Below are positions 9,538 to 18,154 of a stretch of DNA of 43,318 nt, in pieces. Where the stretch lies: positions 1 through 43,318 of the forward strand of contig CAZRJR010000001.1 of the NCBI GenBank assembly GCA_964600985.1, given 5' to 3'. The stretch is from an uncultured Candidatus Saccharibacteria bacterium (GTDB taxonomy: Bacteria; Patescibacteriota; Saccharimonadia; CAILAD01; JADZBC01). The translations under genes were made by a program, and so were the position numbers. The notes beneath the pieces are model-generated. The model was not told the DNA's origin and made no database searches. It saw only the letters and a program-made list of their open reading frames with translations. Within the stretch, counting starts at the first letter, position 1. Every line of letters starts with the position of its first letter.

Positions 9538-9741
9538 ATGTTGAAGAGTATATCGTCAGAAATCGACGCTGTATTTGAAAAGAAAGTGAGTCGTAAGGGT
9601 TTCTTACAGCATGTGGGGGTTGCTGCCTTGGGCGTACTGGGTGTGCAGTCACTGCTGTCTTCGATTCTTCAGCCAGCGTCGTCAAAAAGTAAGGCAACAA
9701 AACAAGACAATAGCTACGGTGGTAGTAGTTACGGGGGCTAG
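9538..9741 (+). CDS. Small (67 aa) protein with a Tat-like signal peptide (SRKGFLQ, RK variant)
   Basis: A strong SD (GAGGAGGG) precedes the ATG. The motif VSRKGFLQHVGVAALGVLGV resembles S/T-R-R-x-F-L-K plus an h-region. The predicted mature part is only about 20 aa, ending GGSSYGG. Confidence 0.6.
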   Translation: MLKSISSEIDAVFEKKVSRKGFLQHVGVAALGVLGVQSLLSSILQPASSKSKATKQDNSYGGSSYGG

Positions 9742-9832
9742 AGAGTTTGCTTACTCCCAAGTATTCAGCAAACTTATTTGAATACCTGCTCATGCTGTAT
9801 AAGTATAAAACAGAATTACAGGAGGGGCGGTA

Positions 9833-10804
9833 GTGTCACGTCTTCCTACACCGGGTGGAGACAATGGTACTTGGGGAACTATCCTAAATGACTATCTGGA
9901 AGTTTCCCACGATAGTGCCGGCGCTCTTAAAGCTTCCGCTGTTACTTCCGCGGGTGCAGAGGTTACTACTAACAAGGATACCGACGGCACTCTGGCCGCC
10001 AATAGCGACACGAAGTATCCCTCGCAGAAGGCTGTCAAAACGTACGCAGACACTAAGCAGCCTCTCGATAGTGAACTTACGGCGCTATCGGGGCTTACAT
10101 CAGCTGCCAACAAGATACCATATTTTACAGGTTCAGGTACGGCGTCTTTACTTGATCACGATACAGATACATCGCTCACGGCCAATTCTGATACTGCACT
10201 AGCAACCCAAAAAGCCGTAAAGACGTATGTGGACGCTCGAGTTTCTTTTTTGCCTAAGATAGCTAAGGAAACAGGGCAATGGTATTCGCAATCAGGACAA
10301 ACAGGTGCTGTTGCATCAACTCTAACCGGAGCAGGTGCATTAACAGCTCATCCAGTATATTTGCCAGCCGGCACACTTGATCGAATTGCCGTTTCAACAA
10401 CAGGGGCAGCAGTATCTACGTGGCGACTAGGTATATATACGGCTGATGCTACCACTGGTCTTCCTCATGGACGGAGCCCACTTCTGGATGCTGGCACGGT
10501 GAATATGAACAATACTGCTGGACTACAGTCCATTACTATTAATCAAGTGGTGAGTGAAGGGCTGTACTGGTTCGCTATTGTTTGTGATTCTTACACAGCG
10601 AACCCAACGGTCCACAGTATTAATTACGCCAATAACACACAGTCTCAAATATTTGGTTTACCGACCAATATGTCGAGCTTAGGCCGATACATGGTTGGTT
10701 ACCTGTATGGCACAACTGTTACGCCTGGGTCCATGCCAACATTTCCTTCTAATAGCTTGAGCTGGACTGGAACTGTACCTAGGGTTGCGGTTAGGTACGC
10801 CTAG
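9833..10804 (+). CDS. Phage tail-fibre-like repeat protein
   Basis: A GGAGG SD lies 7 nt before GTG 9833. The N-terminus LPTPGGDNGTWGTILNDYL resembles phage fibre N-termini. Two copies of D.(T/S)L(A/T)ANSD....(S/T)QKAVKTY span aa 48-72 and 109-134. Confidence 0.6.
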   Translation: MSRLPTPGGDNGTWGTILNDYLEVSHDSAGALKASAVTSAGAEVTTNKDTDGTLAANSDTKYPSQKAVKTYADTKQPLDSELTALSGLTSAANKIPYFTGSGTASLLDHDTDTSLTANSDTALATQKAVKTYVDARVSFLPKIAKETGQWYSQSGQTGAVASTLTGAGALTAHPVYLPAGTLDRIAVSTTGAAVSTWRLGIYTADATTGLPHGRSPLLDAGTVNMNNTAGLQSITINQVVSEGLYWFAIVCDSYTANPTVHSINYANNTQSQIFGLPTNMSSLGRYMVGYLYGTTVTPGSMPTFPSNSLSWTGTVPRVAVRYA

Positions 10805-10806
10805 AT

Positions 10807-11082
10807 ATGAACGAAGTTACCCAAGATGGTCAGGGCAATATACTCGAGGAGATTGTTGATCATCAGAATGGAACCGGCACCAGGCGGGTGTTTGACCAAG
10901 ACGGCAGCGTAGTCTTCGAAGGGGTAGTGGACCGCCCGATTCCACCAACCGAAGAGCGGGCCAGAAGATCTGTATCTAGTGAAGCTCTCCAAAAGCTTAA
11001 ACATCAATTAGGTGACCCCGAGCTTACTTCCATAAGTGAACTCAAGTCGGTACTTAAAGACTTTATAGATAGTATTGAATAA
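10807..11082 (+). CDS. Hypothetical 91-aa protein, abuts the fibre-like gene
   Basis: The ATG lies 2 nt after the upstream stop. The protein is acidic and hydrophilic. No family was recognised. Confidence 0.45.
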   Translation: MNEVTQDGQGNILEEIVDHQNGTGTRRVFDQDGSVVFEGVVDRPIPPTEERARRSVSSEALQKLKHQLGDPELTSISELKSVLKDFIDSIE

Positions 11083-11091
11083 GGCCAATCA

Positions 11092-11120
11092 TTGATAGCT
11101 GCAATAGAAACACCTATACT
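11092..11120 (+). promoter_or_regulatory. Sigma70-like promoter TTGATA-N17-TATACT
   Basis: The hexamers lie at 11092-11097 and 11115-11120, ahead of the three-gene surface locus. Confidence 0.45.
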
Positions 11121-11156
11121 AGTAAGCATAAGATAAATCACTATCGCAAGTACGCA

Positions 11157-11753
11157 ATGAAACGAACTCATAAATATATCCTTTATACTGCAGCTATCCT
11201 AAGCATCCTTCTGGCCCCTGCATTATCTGGAGCAGCTACTGAAGACACGACTATTAGCTCCGTGGTTAGCTCAGTAATTAGTGTTTTTACCACCAGTGGA
11301 ACGGTAAATGTTGATGTAATACCTTCCGGCGCTGGTGCGCAGACCATTGCCAGTGACACAATTACCATTAGCACCAACAATCCTACCGGTTATACGCTGA
11401 AGATTGCCGAATCAACGGCTTCATCTGACTTGGTCTCGGGCGGCGACACTATACCAGCGTCGGCCGGCACCCAGGCAAGTCCTGTAGTGGCGAGCGCGAA
11501 TACTTGGGGGTATCGAGTGGATGGAGTGGGTGGTTTTGGTGCTGGGCCAACTAGCTCAGCTAGCAATGCTGCCATCAGCGGGAGTATTAAGTTTGCAGCT
11601 GTGCCCGCTACAGGTAGTCCCAATACAATCAAGACCACCTCGGCGCCAGCCAGCAACGATACTACTACAGTTTGGTATGGAGTGGCTGCCAATACCTCAA
11701 CTCCACCTGGTACCTATACGAATATTGTGCTTTACACCGCGGTCACAAACTAA
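11157..11753 (+). CDS. Secreted S/T/A-rich beta protein, paralogue A (WxL-domain-like, unverified)
   Basis: The signal peptide is ILYTAAILSILLAPALSGA. It shares sequence blocks with the gene at 12685-13317: GYTLK, IPASAGTQASP, NTWGYRVDGVGGFGAGPTS, TTTVWY, GTYTNIVLYTAVTN. Confidence 0.6.
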   Translation: MKRTHKYILYTAAILSILLAPALSGAATEDTTISSVVSSVISVFTTSGTVNVDVIPSGAGAQTIASDTITISTNNPTGYTLKIAESTASSDLVSGGDTIPASAGTQASPVVASANTWGYRVDGVGGFGAGPTSSASNAAISGSIKFAAVPATGSPNTIKTTSAPASNDTTTVWYGVAANTSTPPGTYTNIVLYTAVTN

Positions 11754-12695
11754 ATGGGGCTAAGGGGGCTGAGTTTTAAGAAGGTTGCTGGACTTCTGCT
11801 AGCCAGTATGGTGATAGCTGGTCTATGGCAACCAAACCCCGCTCGGGCGGACCAGAGCGTAGCGGTTACCCCGACCTCTTCTGAATACAAGGTTGACCCC
11901 GGTGGCCAGACTAAGGGCACTATCCAAGTCCTAAACCAGGCAAACACGCCATTTAGTTACAAAGTGTATGTGACGCCTTATAGTGTAACGGGTGAGGACT
12001 ACGACCCAAGCTTTAGCCCTACGTCTGGCGCTACCAATGTAGCTGACTGGATTAAGTTATCGTCTGCCACTGGCTCGCTCAGGGCTTATAGTGGCTCGCC
12101 AATCGAATACACCATTAACGTGCCGGCAAACGCTAAACCTGGATCGTATTATGGGGTTATCTTTGCTGAAACTGAGTCCAAGGTTGAAGGAAGTGGCGTA
12201 GCAACGCTCAAGCGAGTTGGGACCGTTCTCTATATTCGTGTAAATGGACCGGTGGTAGAGGCGGGCGCGCTGGCGAGTTGGCAAGTGCCATGGCTGCAGA
12301 AGCCCGATCTTACCCAGATCCTACGGCTAGCCAACACGGGTTCGGTTTATTACAACGCCGAAGTTCACACAGAGGTGCGGGACGTGTTTGGCGGTAAAAA
12401 GTTTAGCTACGAACAGAAGCGCAAAGTCCTACCTGAAAAGATCCGACGGATTACTATAACTTGGCCCGACACGCCGCCATTTGGGCTATTTGTAGTTAGT
12501 GGCAAGGTTGGATTTCTGGGTCAAACTGTACCGTTGTCGAATCAGTATGTATTAGTAATGACCGACGAAATACGTAGAATAATTGTTATAGCGTTCTGTG
12601 TAGCGGTTGTAATAATACTACTACGACTATGGCGCAAGCGGCGCAAAAAGAAGCGCGCACAAAAACAAGCGGGTGATCAGGGCCATGAAGCGTAG
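11754..12695 (+). CDS. Membrane-anchored surface protein, DUF916/DUF3324 (WxL-interacting protein)-like
   Basis: It starts 1 nt after the upstream stop and has a signal peptide. Motifs YKVDPGGQTKGTIQVLNQ and INVPANAKPGSYYGVIFAETE are present. The C-terminus has a TM helix followed by a KRRKKKR tail. Confidence 0.55.
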   Translation: MGLRGLSFKKVAGLLLASMVIAGLWQPNPARADQSVAVTPTSSEYKVDPGGQTKGTIQVLNQANTPFSYKVYVTPYSVTGEDYDPSFSPTSGATNVADWIKLSSATGSLRAYSGSPIEYTINVPANAKPGSYYGVIFAETESKVEGSGVATLKRVGTVLYIRVNGPVVEAGALASWQVPWLQKPDLTQILRLANTGSVYYNAEVHTEVRDVFGGKKFSYEQKRKVLPEKIRRITITWPDTPPFGLFVVSGKVGFLGQTVPLSNQYVLVMTDEIRRIIVIAFCVAVVIILLRLWRKRRKKKRAQKQAGDQGHEA

Positions 12696-13317
12696 GTTTT
12701 CACGCAGAGCGATCGTAATCTTATTAACTTTTCTCGGCGCTACATTGGCCCCAATGGCTATTCAAGCGGATACCACCACGACTAACACGAGCTATGGTGT
12801 TGGTGATTACGGCACTTGTAGTTACGAAACTTGCCCCATTACTCTCTCGAGCAGTGGGGCCGTAAGTATCGATATATCCACACCAACTCCATCGGGAAGC
12901 TGTACCGTGCAGAGTGATTCGGTCTCGGTTCTAACCAGCAATTCTGCTGGCTATACACTCCAGGTTGCCAATAGCTCAACCAATACCGCTATGACGAGTG
13001 GAGCAAATTCAATCCCTGCCTCGAGTGGCACAAGCGCTAGTCCGACCGCTTTGAACGCCAATGCTTGGGGATATAGGGTCGACAGTTATGGCGGCTTTGG
13101 TTCTGGGCCAACCTCAGCCCAGTCCGGCATAAGCGCGCCAATCTCGAGTTTTGCTGGCGTACCGGCAAGTAACGCCACACCGGCTACCATTGCGAATACT
13201 TCGGTGGCTGCTAACCCTGCTGTAACCACCACGGTATGGTATGCACTTTGTGCCAACAGTGCTCTTTCGAGCGGCACCTACACTACAACCGTTACATATA
13301 CGGCTACTACTAACTAG
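12685..13317 (+). CDS. Secreted S/T/A-rich beta protein, paralogue B (WxL-domain-like, unverified)
   Basis: It overlaps the upstream gene end; the start is ATG 12685 or GTG 12673. The signal peptide ends AIQA. It is a paralogue of 11157-11753. Confidence 0.6.
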   Translation: MKRRFSRRAIVILLTFLGATLAPMAIQADTTTTNTSYGVGDYGTCSYETCPITLSSSGAVSIDISTPTPSGSCTVQSDSVSVLTSNSAGYTLQVANSSTNTAMTSGANSIPASSGTSASPTALNANAWGYRVDSYGGFGSGPTSAQSGISAPISSFAGVPASNATPATIANTSVAANPAVTTTVWYALCANSALSSGTYTTTVTYTATTN

Positions 13318-13679
13318 CTTGTCTGCGGATGAACCCTTAAGATTGTCGCCATAATTCTATCTAAGATTGACCTGTTCTTGGCGGGTTTACTGTACACAAT
13401 CCCGTAGGAGCTCTTACTTACCTCGCGCATAATCTGTTCGTAATTTGCCCTGATCGTTGGGTCGAGCTTTACTCTCTGACCGCTGGTTGCCATTTGTACT
13501 GTAGGGGTAACATCGGCTTTTGTATTGCTTTGAATCTGAATTATTTCGTGTTTACTATTGAGTGTGATGATTCGCACCGGTGCTATAGTAGCCGAGATTA
13601 TGGTGCTGTTTGCTTGAGCAGCTGTTGGCATGCCAAGCACGAGCGTGGCAAGTACAGCACTAGCAAGTAGATTTTTCAC
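13314..13679 (-). CDS. Small secreted hypothetical protein (121 aa)
   Basis: An AGGAGA SD lies 5 nt before the GTG start. The signal peptide is MKNLLASAVLATLVLGMPTAAQA. Its stop shares the palindrome CTAG with the convergent gene. Confidence 0.55.
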   Translation of the reverse strand: MKNLLASAVLATLVLGMPTAAQANSTIISATIAPVRIITLNSKHEIIQIQSNTKADVTPTVQMATSGQRVKLDPTIRANYEQIMREVSKSSYGIVYSKPAKNRSILDRIMATILRVHPQTS

Positions 13680-13770
13680 AAGGGTCTCCTAGCCACCCTC
13701 CGTTGTGATTTCTCTTAATGCTACTATATTTGCTAGCTTTGATAGCTTCAAGCATAAGCAGGAAAAGTAA

Positions 13771-13797
13771 TTGGCACTCTTGACAGCCGAGTGCTAG
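13771..13797 (+). promoter_or_regulatory. CIRCE operator copy 1
   Basis: The sequence TTGGCACTC-N9-GAGTGCTAG compares with the consensus TTAGCACTC-N9-GAGTGCTAA. It overlaps the -35 box. Confidence 0.8.
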
Positions 13798-13809
13798 TTA
13801 TACTACAAT
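13780..13809 (+). promoter_or_regulatory. hrcA-dnaK operon promoter TTGACA-N18-TACAAT
   Basis: The hexamers lie at 13780-13785 and 13804-13809. Confidence 0.55.
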
Positions 13810-13816
13810 AAATACA

Positions 13817-13843
13817 TTAGCACTGGTTGCTAGCAAGTGCTAA
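13817..13843 (+). promoter_or_regulatory. CIRCE operator copy 2
   Basis: The sequence is TTAGCACTG-N9-AAGTGCTAA, located just downstream of the -10 box. Confidence 0.75.
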
Positions 13844-13878
13844 AATATAAGCATAGATATGGAGCACACTCCTACACG

Positions 13879-14592
13879 ATGGAACGTATTACTGAGCGAC
13901 AATTCGAAATCTTGAGCAAAATCGTGCAGCATTATGCCGGGACTGCCGAACCGGTTGGGTCACTGGCGCTGGCTGACTACTTTGAGCTTAGTCCGGCCAC
14001 TATTCGTGCCGAAATGGGTGCACTCGAGCAGGCTGGTTACATCTACCAACCACATATTTCGGCAGGTCGCGTACCAACCGATAGTGGGTATCGACTCTAT
14101 GTAAATAGTCTTGGTTCGAGTCATGAAAGACCGCAATCGCGTAGTGCCCAGACGATTTCGAAGCGCGTTACAAGTCTTAAGGATCGCACCGACGCAGCTA
14201 TTAAAATTGCTGCTGAAACACTTAGCGATCTAACTGGCAATACAGCCTTCGCTACCCTAAGTGATACTGTGTATTTCCACGGTTTGCACCAATTGTTTAG
14301 CCAACCGGAATTCATAGACCAGCTTCGCGCAGCTCAAGCTGCTCGCTACCTTGATCAAATGGGGGAATGGCTGTTTGGGCACCGCCTAGGCCAAGATCTG
14401 GATGTGTTCATAGGTAGTGAAAACCCATTCTTGCGTGGTAGTGGCATGACTATGGTCATAAGCCGATTCGAATCGCCCTATAGTGACAGTAGTTATATAG
14501 GTATTGTTGGCCCTACGCGTCAGAACTACGAGAAGGTAACAGGCCTGGTGCGTCTTACGGGCCAGAAGCTAGAGGAGGTATTAAATGGATAA
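13879..14592 (+). CDS. hrcA: Heat-inducible repressor HrcA (short form, 237 aa)
   Basis: The N-terminal winged helix is LTERQFEILSKIVQHYAGTAEPVGSLALA. It lies downstream of the CIRCE sites and upstream of grpE. The start was moved to ATG 13879 because the track's GTG 13837 falls inside CIRCE-2. Confidence 0.8.
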   Translation: MERITERQFEILSKIVQHYAGTAEPVGSLALADYFELSPATIRAEMGALEQAGYIYQPHISAGRVPTDSGYRLYVNSLGSSHERPQSRSAQTISKRVTSLKDRTDAAIKIAAETLSDLTGNTAFATLSDTVYFHGLHQLFSQPEFIDQLRAAQAARYLDQMGEWLFGHRLGQDLDVFIGSENPFLRGSGMTMVISRFESPYSDSSYIGIVGPTRQNYEKVTGLVRLTGQKLEEVLNG

Positions 14593-15130
14593 AACGGATA
14601 AGCCACGCAAGTCAGCTAAGGCGCCGAAGCAGAGCAAAAGGTCGAGCGCACAAGACTACGAGCAGCAAATTGGCGAGCTTACCCAGCACTTACAGCGCTT
14701 GCAAGCGGAGTTCGAGAATTACAAGAAGCGTACCGAAGCCGAGCGCGGGGAGCTTATGAACATGGCTAAGCTCTCGGTATTGACTGAGCTTTTGCCGGCG
14801 CTCGACAACTTTGATCGCGCAGCTACACACTTGCCGCCAGAGTTGCAAGATAACGCCTGGGCTAAGGGCATGAGTTACGTCGGTGCCCAGCTCGAGCAAA
14901 TCCTCGACGGCATGGGCGTACATAAGTACAGTGCACTAAATCAAGCTTTCGATCACAATCGCCACGAAGCCATGGAGTATGTGGAGGGAGCCGGACCGCC
15001 GGACGTGGTGGTCGAGGAGTTAACGCCGGGCTATGAGATTAACGGCAAAGTGGTACGCCCGGCTACTGTGAAGGTAAGTAAACCAATCAATGACGAGGCG
15101 AGTGAAGAACAGTTAAAGGAAGAGGAGTAA
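14585..15130 (+). CDS. grpE: Nucleotide exchange factor GrpE
   Basis: The motif [15 protein letters not shown] is present, along with a GrpE C-terminal beta domain. Operon position supports the call. Confidence 0.9.
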   Translation: MDKTDKPRKSAKAPKQSKRSSAQDYEQQIGELTQHLQRLQAEFENYKKRTEAERGELMNMAKLSVLTELLPALDNFDRAATHLPPELQDNAWAKGMSYVGAQLEQILDGMGVHKYSALNQAFDHNRHEAMEYVEGAGPPDVVVEELTPGYEINGKVVRPATVKVSKPINDEASEEQLKEEE

Positions 15131-15134
15131 CAAT

Positions 15135-17039
15135 ATGAGTAAGATTATCGGAATCGATTTAGGGACAACCAACAGCGCCATGGCGGTAATGGAAGGTGGC
15201 GACGCCACAGTAATTACCAATATAGAGGGTGCTCGTACTACGCCATCGATCGTGGCAGTGAACAAAAATGGCGAGCGTTTGGTAGGCCAAGTGGCTAAGC
15301 GCCAGGCTGTAATTAACCCTGATAACACCATCTTTTCGGTTAAGCGTTTAATCGGTCGCACCTTCGATGACCCTGAAGTGCAGCGGGATCTCGAGCTTAT
15401 GCCGTATAAGATCGAAAAGGCTGACGGTCATGTAAAGGTAAAGATGGGCGACAAGAGCTACACGGCCGAGGAAATCAGCGCCATGATTCTAGGTAAGCTC
15501 AAGGCTGATGCCGAGAAGTACCTAGGTCAGCCAGTTACTGAAGCTGTCATTACTGTCCCAGCGTACTTTAACGATGCACAGCGTCAGGCCACTAAGGACG
15601 CAGGTAAGATCGCTGGGCTCGAGGTAAAGCGCATCATTAACGAGCCTACGGCTGCCGCTCTAGCTTATGGTTTGGACAAGAAGAAGGAAGAAAAGATCGT
15701 AGTTTACGACCTAGGTGGTGGTACGTTTGACGTATCAGTGCTTGAGCTGGGCGACGGTGTGTTCGAGGTTAAGTCGACCAATGGTGACACGCACCTTGGT
15801 GGCGATGACTTCGATCTAACCATTATTAACCATCTGATAGAAGAGTTCAAAAAGGATCAAGGCATTGACCTCAAACAGGATAAAGCCGCCATGCAGCGAC
15901 TCAAAGAAGCTGCCGAGAAGGCTAAGATTGAGCTTTCGACTACCAATGAAACCAGCGTGAACATCCCGTTTGTAACCGCCGATGCTAGTGGTCCAAAGCA
16001 TATGGATATGAACCTAACTCGCTCGGAGTTTGAAAAAATCGTAGGCGAATTGGTAGACAAGACCATGAAGCCATGCGAAGCTGCGCTCAAGGATGCTGGT
16101 CTCAAAGCCAGTGACATTGACGAAGTAATTTTGGTTGGTGGTATGACTCGTATGCCACTGGTACAGAAGAAGGTCGAGGAGTTCTTTGGCAAAAAGCCAC
16201 TTCAGGGGGTAAACCCAGACGAGGTAGTGGCTGTAGGTGCTGCCATTCAAGGTGGCGTGCTTGGTGGGGACGTAAAGGACGTACTGCTTCTAGACGTAAC
16301 TCCCCTTTCGCTCTCGATCGAGACTATGGGTGGCGTAGCTACACGTATGATTGAGCGCAATACCACCATTCCTACCAGCAAGAGCCAAACTTACTCCACA
16401 GCTGCTGATAACCAGACTTCGGTAGAGATCAACGTGCTGCAGGGTGAGCGCGAGATGGCTAGTGACAACAAATCACTAGGTCGGTTCATACTCGACGGCA
16501 TTCCGCCAGCACCACGTGGTGTACCGCAAATTGAGGTAAGCTTTAACATCGACGCCAATGGTATTGTGAATGTTTCAGCCAAGGACAAAGCCACCGGCAA
16601 GGAGCAAAAGATTACCATTACCGGCGGCGGTAGCTTGAGCGAAGACGACATTAAGAAAATGCAGGCCGATGCCGAAGCGCACGCTGACGAGGACAAGAAG
16701 AAGAAGGAAGCTGCCGAAGCTCGTAACCACGCCGACACCATGATTTACACGGCCGAAAAGTCACTTAAAGACGCGGGTGACAAAGCCCCCGAAGAAGACA
16801 AGAAGGCTGTCGAGGAGGCCATTAAGACACTCCGTGACAAGCTCGATAGTGGCGATGTAGAGGAGATGAAGAAGTTGACAGAGGACCTCAGCACCAAGCT
16901 AACCAAGGTAGGTGAGGCCATGTACAAAGAAGCTGAAGCCGAACAGAAGGCTGAAGACGCTAGCTCAGAAGGCAAGGAAGACAAGAAAGAAGCTGACGCC
17001 GAAGAGGGCGAAGTAGTAGATAAAGAAGACAGCAAGTAA
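15135..17039 (+). CDS. dnaK: Chaperone DnaK (Hsp70)
   Basis: [17 protein letters not shown] and [11 protein letters not shown] motifs are present. It encodes 634 aa. Confidence 0.98.
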   Translation: MSKIIGIDLGTTNSAMAVMEGGDATVITNIEGARTTPSIVAVNKNGERLVGQVAKRQAVINPDNTIFSVKRLIGRTFDDPEVQRDLELMPYKIEKADGHVKVKMGDKSYTAEEISAMILGKLKADAEKYLGQPVTEAVITVPAYFNDAQRQATKDAGKIAGLEVKRIINEPTAAALAYGLDKKKEEKIVVYDLGGGTFDVSVLELGDGVFEVKSTNGDTHLGGDDFDLTIINHLIEEFKKDQGIDLKQDKAAMQRLKEAAEKAKIELSTTNETSVNIPFVTADASGPKHMDMNLTRSEFEKIVGELVDKTMKPCEAALKDAGLKASDIDEVILVGGMTRMPLVQKKVEEFFGKKPLQGVNPDEVVAVGAAIQGGVLGGDVKDVLLLDVTPLSLSIETMGGVATRMIERNTTIPTSKSQTYSTAADNQTSVEINVLQGEREMASDNKSLGRFILDGIPPAPRGVPQIEVSFNIDANGIVNVSAKDKATGKEQKITITGGGSLSEDDIKKMQADAEAHADEDKKKKEAAEARNHADTMIYTAEKSLKDAGDKAPEEDKKAVEEAIKTLRDKLDSGDVEEMKKLTEDLSTKLTKVGEAMYKEAEAEQKAEDASSEGKEDKKEADAEEGEVVDKEDSK

Positions 17040-17516
17040 ATGAGAACGGCCGACTCGGTTGAGTTCAGGGAATTTCTAGACTTCGTAGGAAAGTCTGGCT
17101 ACGCTGACTCTAAAGCTCCCATAACTCAACTCGAGGATGGCTCACATAACCTCGTTCTCGAAAACAACGGATTTCGATTTCACGACAACTGGTTTGGTGG
17201 CGAACCGTATGGCGGACGAGAGGTAATATCTAAAGACGGTAAAGTATTCTGGATGATGGTTTACTATGGTGAGATTAAACAAGATGCGGGTACACCAGCC
17301 GAGGTATATGGAATTACCTTGAAAGAGGCTTTACGCCAACCAGATACCGAACTGCCTGTTCGGGGACCCAAAGTATTCAAGGCAAGTAATGGTTGTACCT
17401 ATAGTTTTGAGTGGACAGGTAATTTGGACAGGTTTACTGGTGAAGAAATGATTAAGGACCCCAAAGGCAAGGTTGTTTATACGGCCGAGATGAGCGGAGG
17501 GCTTGTAGATTTATGA
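17040..17516 (+). CDS. Conserved hypothetical protein, DUF5680-like (unverified)
   Basis: The ATG immediately follows the dnaK stop. The motif GFRFHDNWFGGEPYGGREVISKDGKVFWMMVYYG fits my recollection of that family. Confidence 0.5.
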   Translation: MRTADSVEFREFLDFVGKSGYADSKAPITQLEDGSHNLVLENNGFRFHDNWFGGEPYGGREVISKDGKVFWMMVYYGEIKQDAGTPAEVYGITLKEALRQPDTELPVRGPKVFKASNGCTYSFEWTGNLDRFTGEEMIKDPKGKVVYTAEMSGGLVDL

Positions 17517-18154
17517 AAACAGTAATCTTCATCGACGGCGAGAACATGATGCACCAGGTGCGCGATGTGCTATATAGGCGTCGCTTGATCCGCAATCGTG
17601 ACGAGCTGGTGGACTACGACATTCGAGCCCTCTTGGCTACTGCATTAGCAGACTTGGAAGACGTAGATATGCAGCGCGTACGAATTCGCTACTACTCTAC
17701 CAAGGTACACATAAGCGATCAGAGCAATTCATTGCGTGAGCGCACCGAAGCCATCGCGCGCTGGGGCGAAAAGCAGCGCGAACAGCTCGAAAAGCAACGA
17801 ATCGACTTTGTAGAAGCTGGCCATTTGCTCGTACGCGAAGGCAAGCGCTGTGTAGAGTGTGGCCATCGCGAGCCAGTGCTCATGGAAAAAGGCCTCGATG
17901 TACAGCTTGCAGTTGACCTTATACGCACCTCGGGTGAAAACGTACGACTCGTACTTCTAAGCTCAGATGGCGACCTTACTCCAGCCGTAGTAGAGGCGCG
18001 GCAGCGTGGATCCGAGATGGTGTATGTAGGCTTCCGTGGGGTGAGTAATGCTACACTTGGTCATGCGGCTGGTCAGCGCTTCACCATTAACGCCAAGCAA
18101 GTAGTTGCGGCTTACCAAAAAGGCTTAAAGCAGCGAGAGAACGAGAATGAATAA
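17513..18154 (+). CDS. NYN-domain (LabA/PIN-like) putative ribonuclease
   Basis: [21 protein letters not shown] and [12 protein letters not shown] are present. It overlaps the upstream stop with ATGA. Confidence 0.7.
   Translation: MKTVIFIDGENMMHQVRDVLYRRRLIRNRDELVDYDIRALLATALADLEDVDMQRVRIRYYSTKVHISDQSNSLRERTEAIARWGEKQREQLEKQRIDFVEAGHLLVREGKRCVECGHREPVLMEKGLDVQLAVDLIRTSGENVRLVLLSSDGDLTPAVVEARQRGSEMVYVGFRGVSNATLGHAAGQRFTINAKQVVAAYQKGLKQRENENE

Noticed and set aside
13314-13317. Convergent genes sharing the palindromic stop CTAG.
   Set aside because: It is real, but it is a trivial consequence of compact convergent gene ends and not a regulatory feature.
15857-17035. Several 96-116-aa antisense ORFs within dnaK.
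   Set aside because: They are shadows of the DnaK frame. They are Ser/Ala-rich and have no expression signals.
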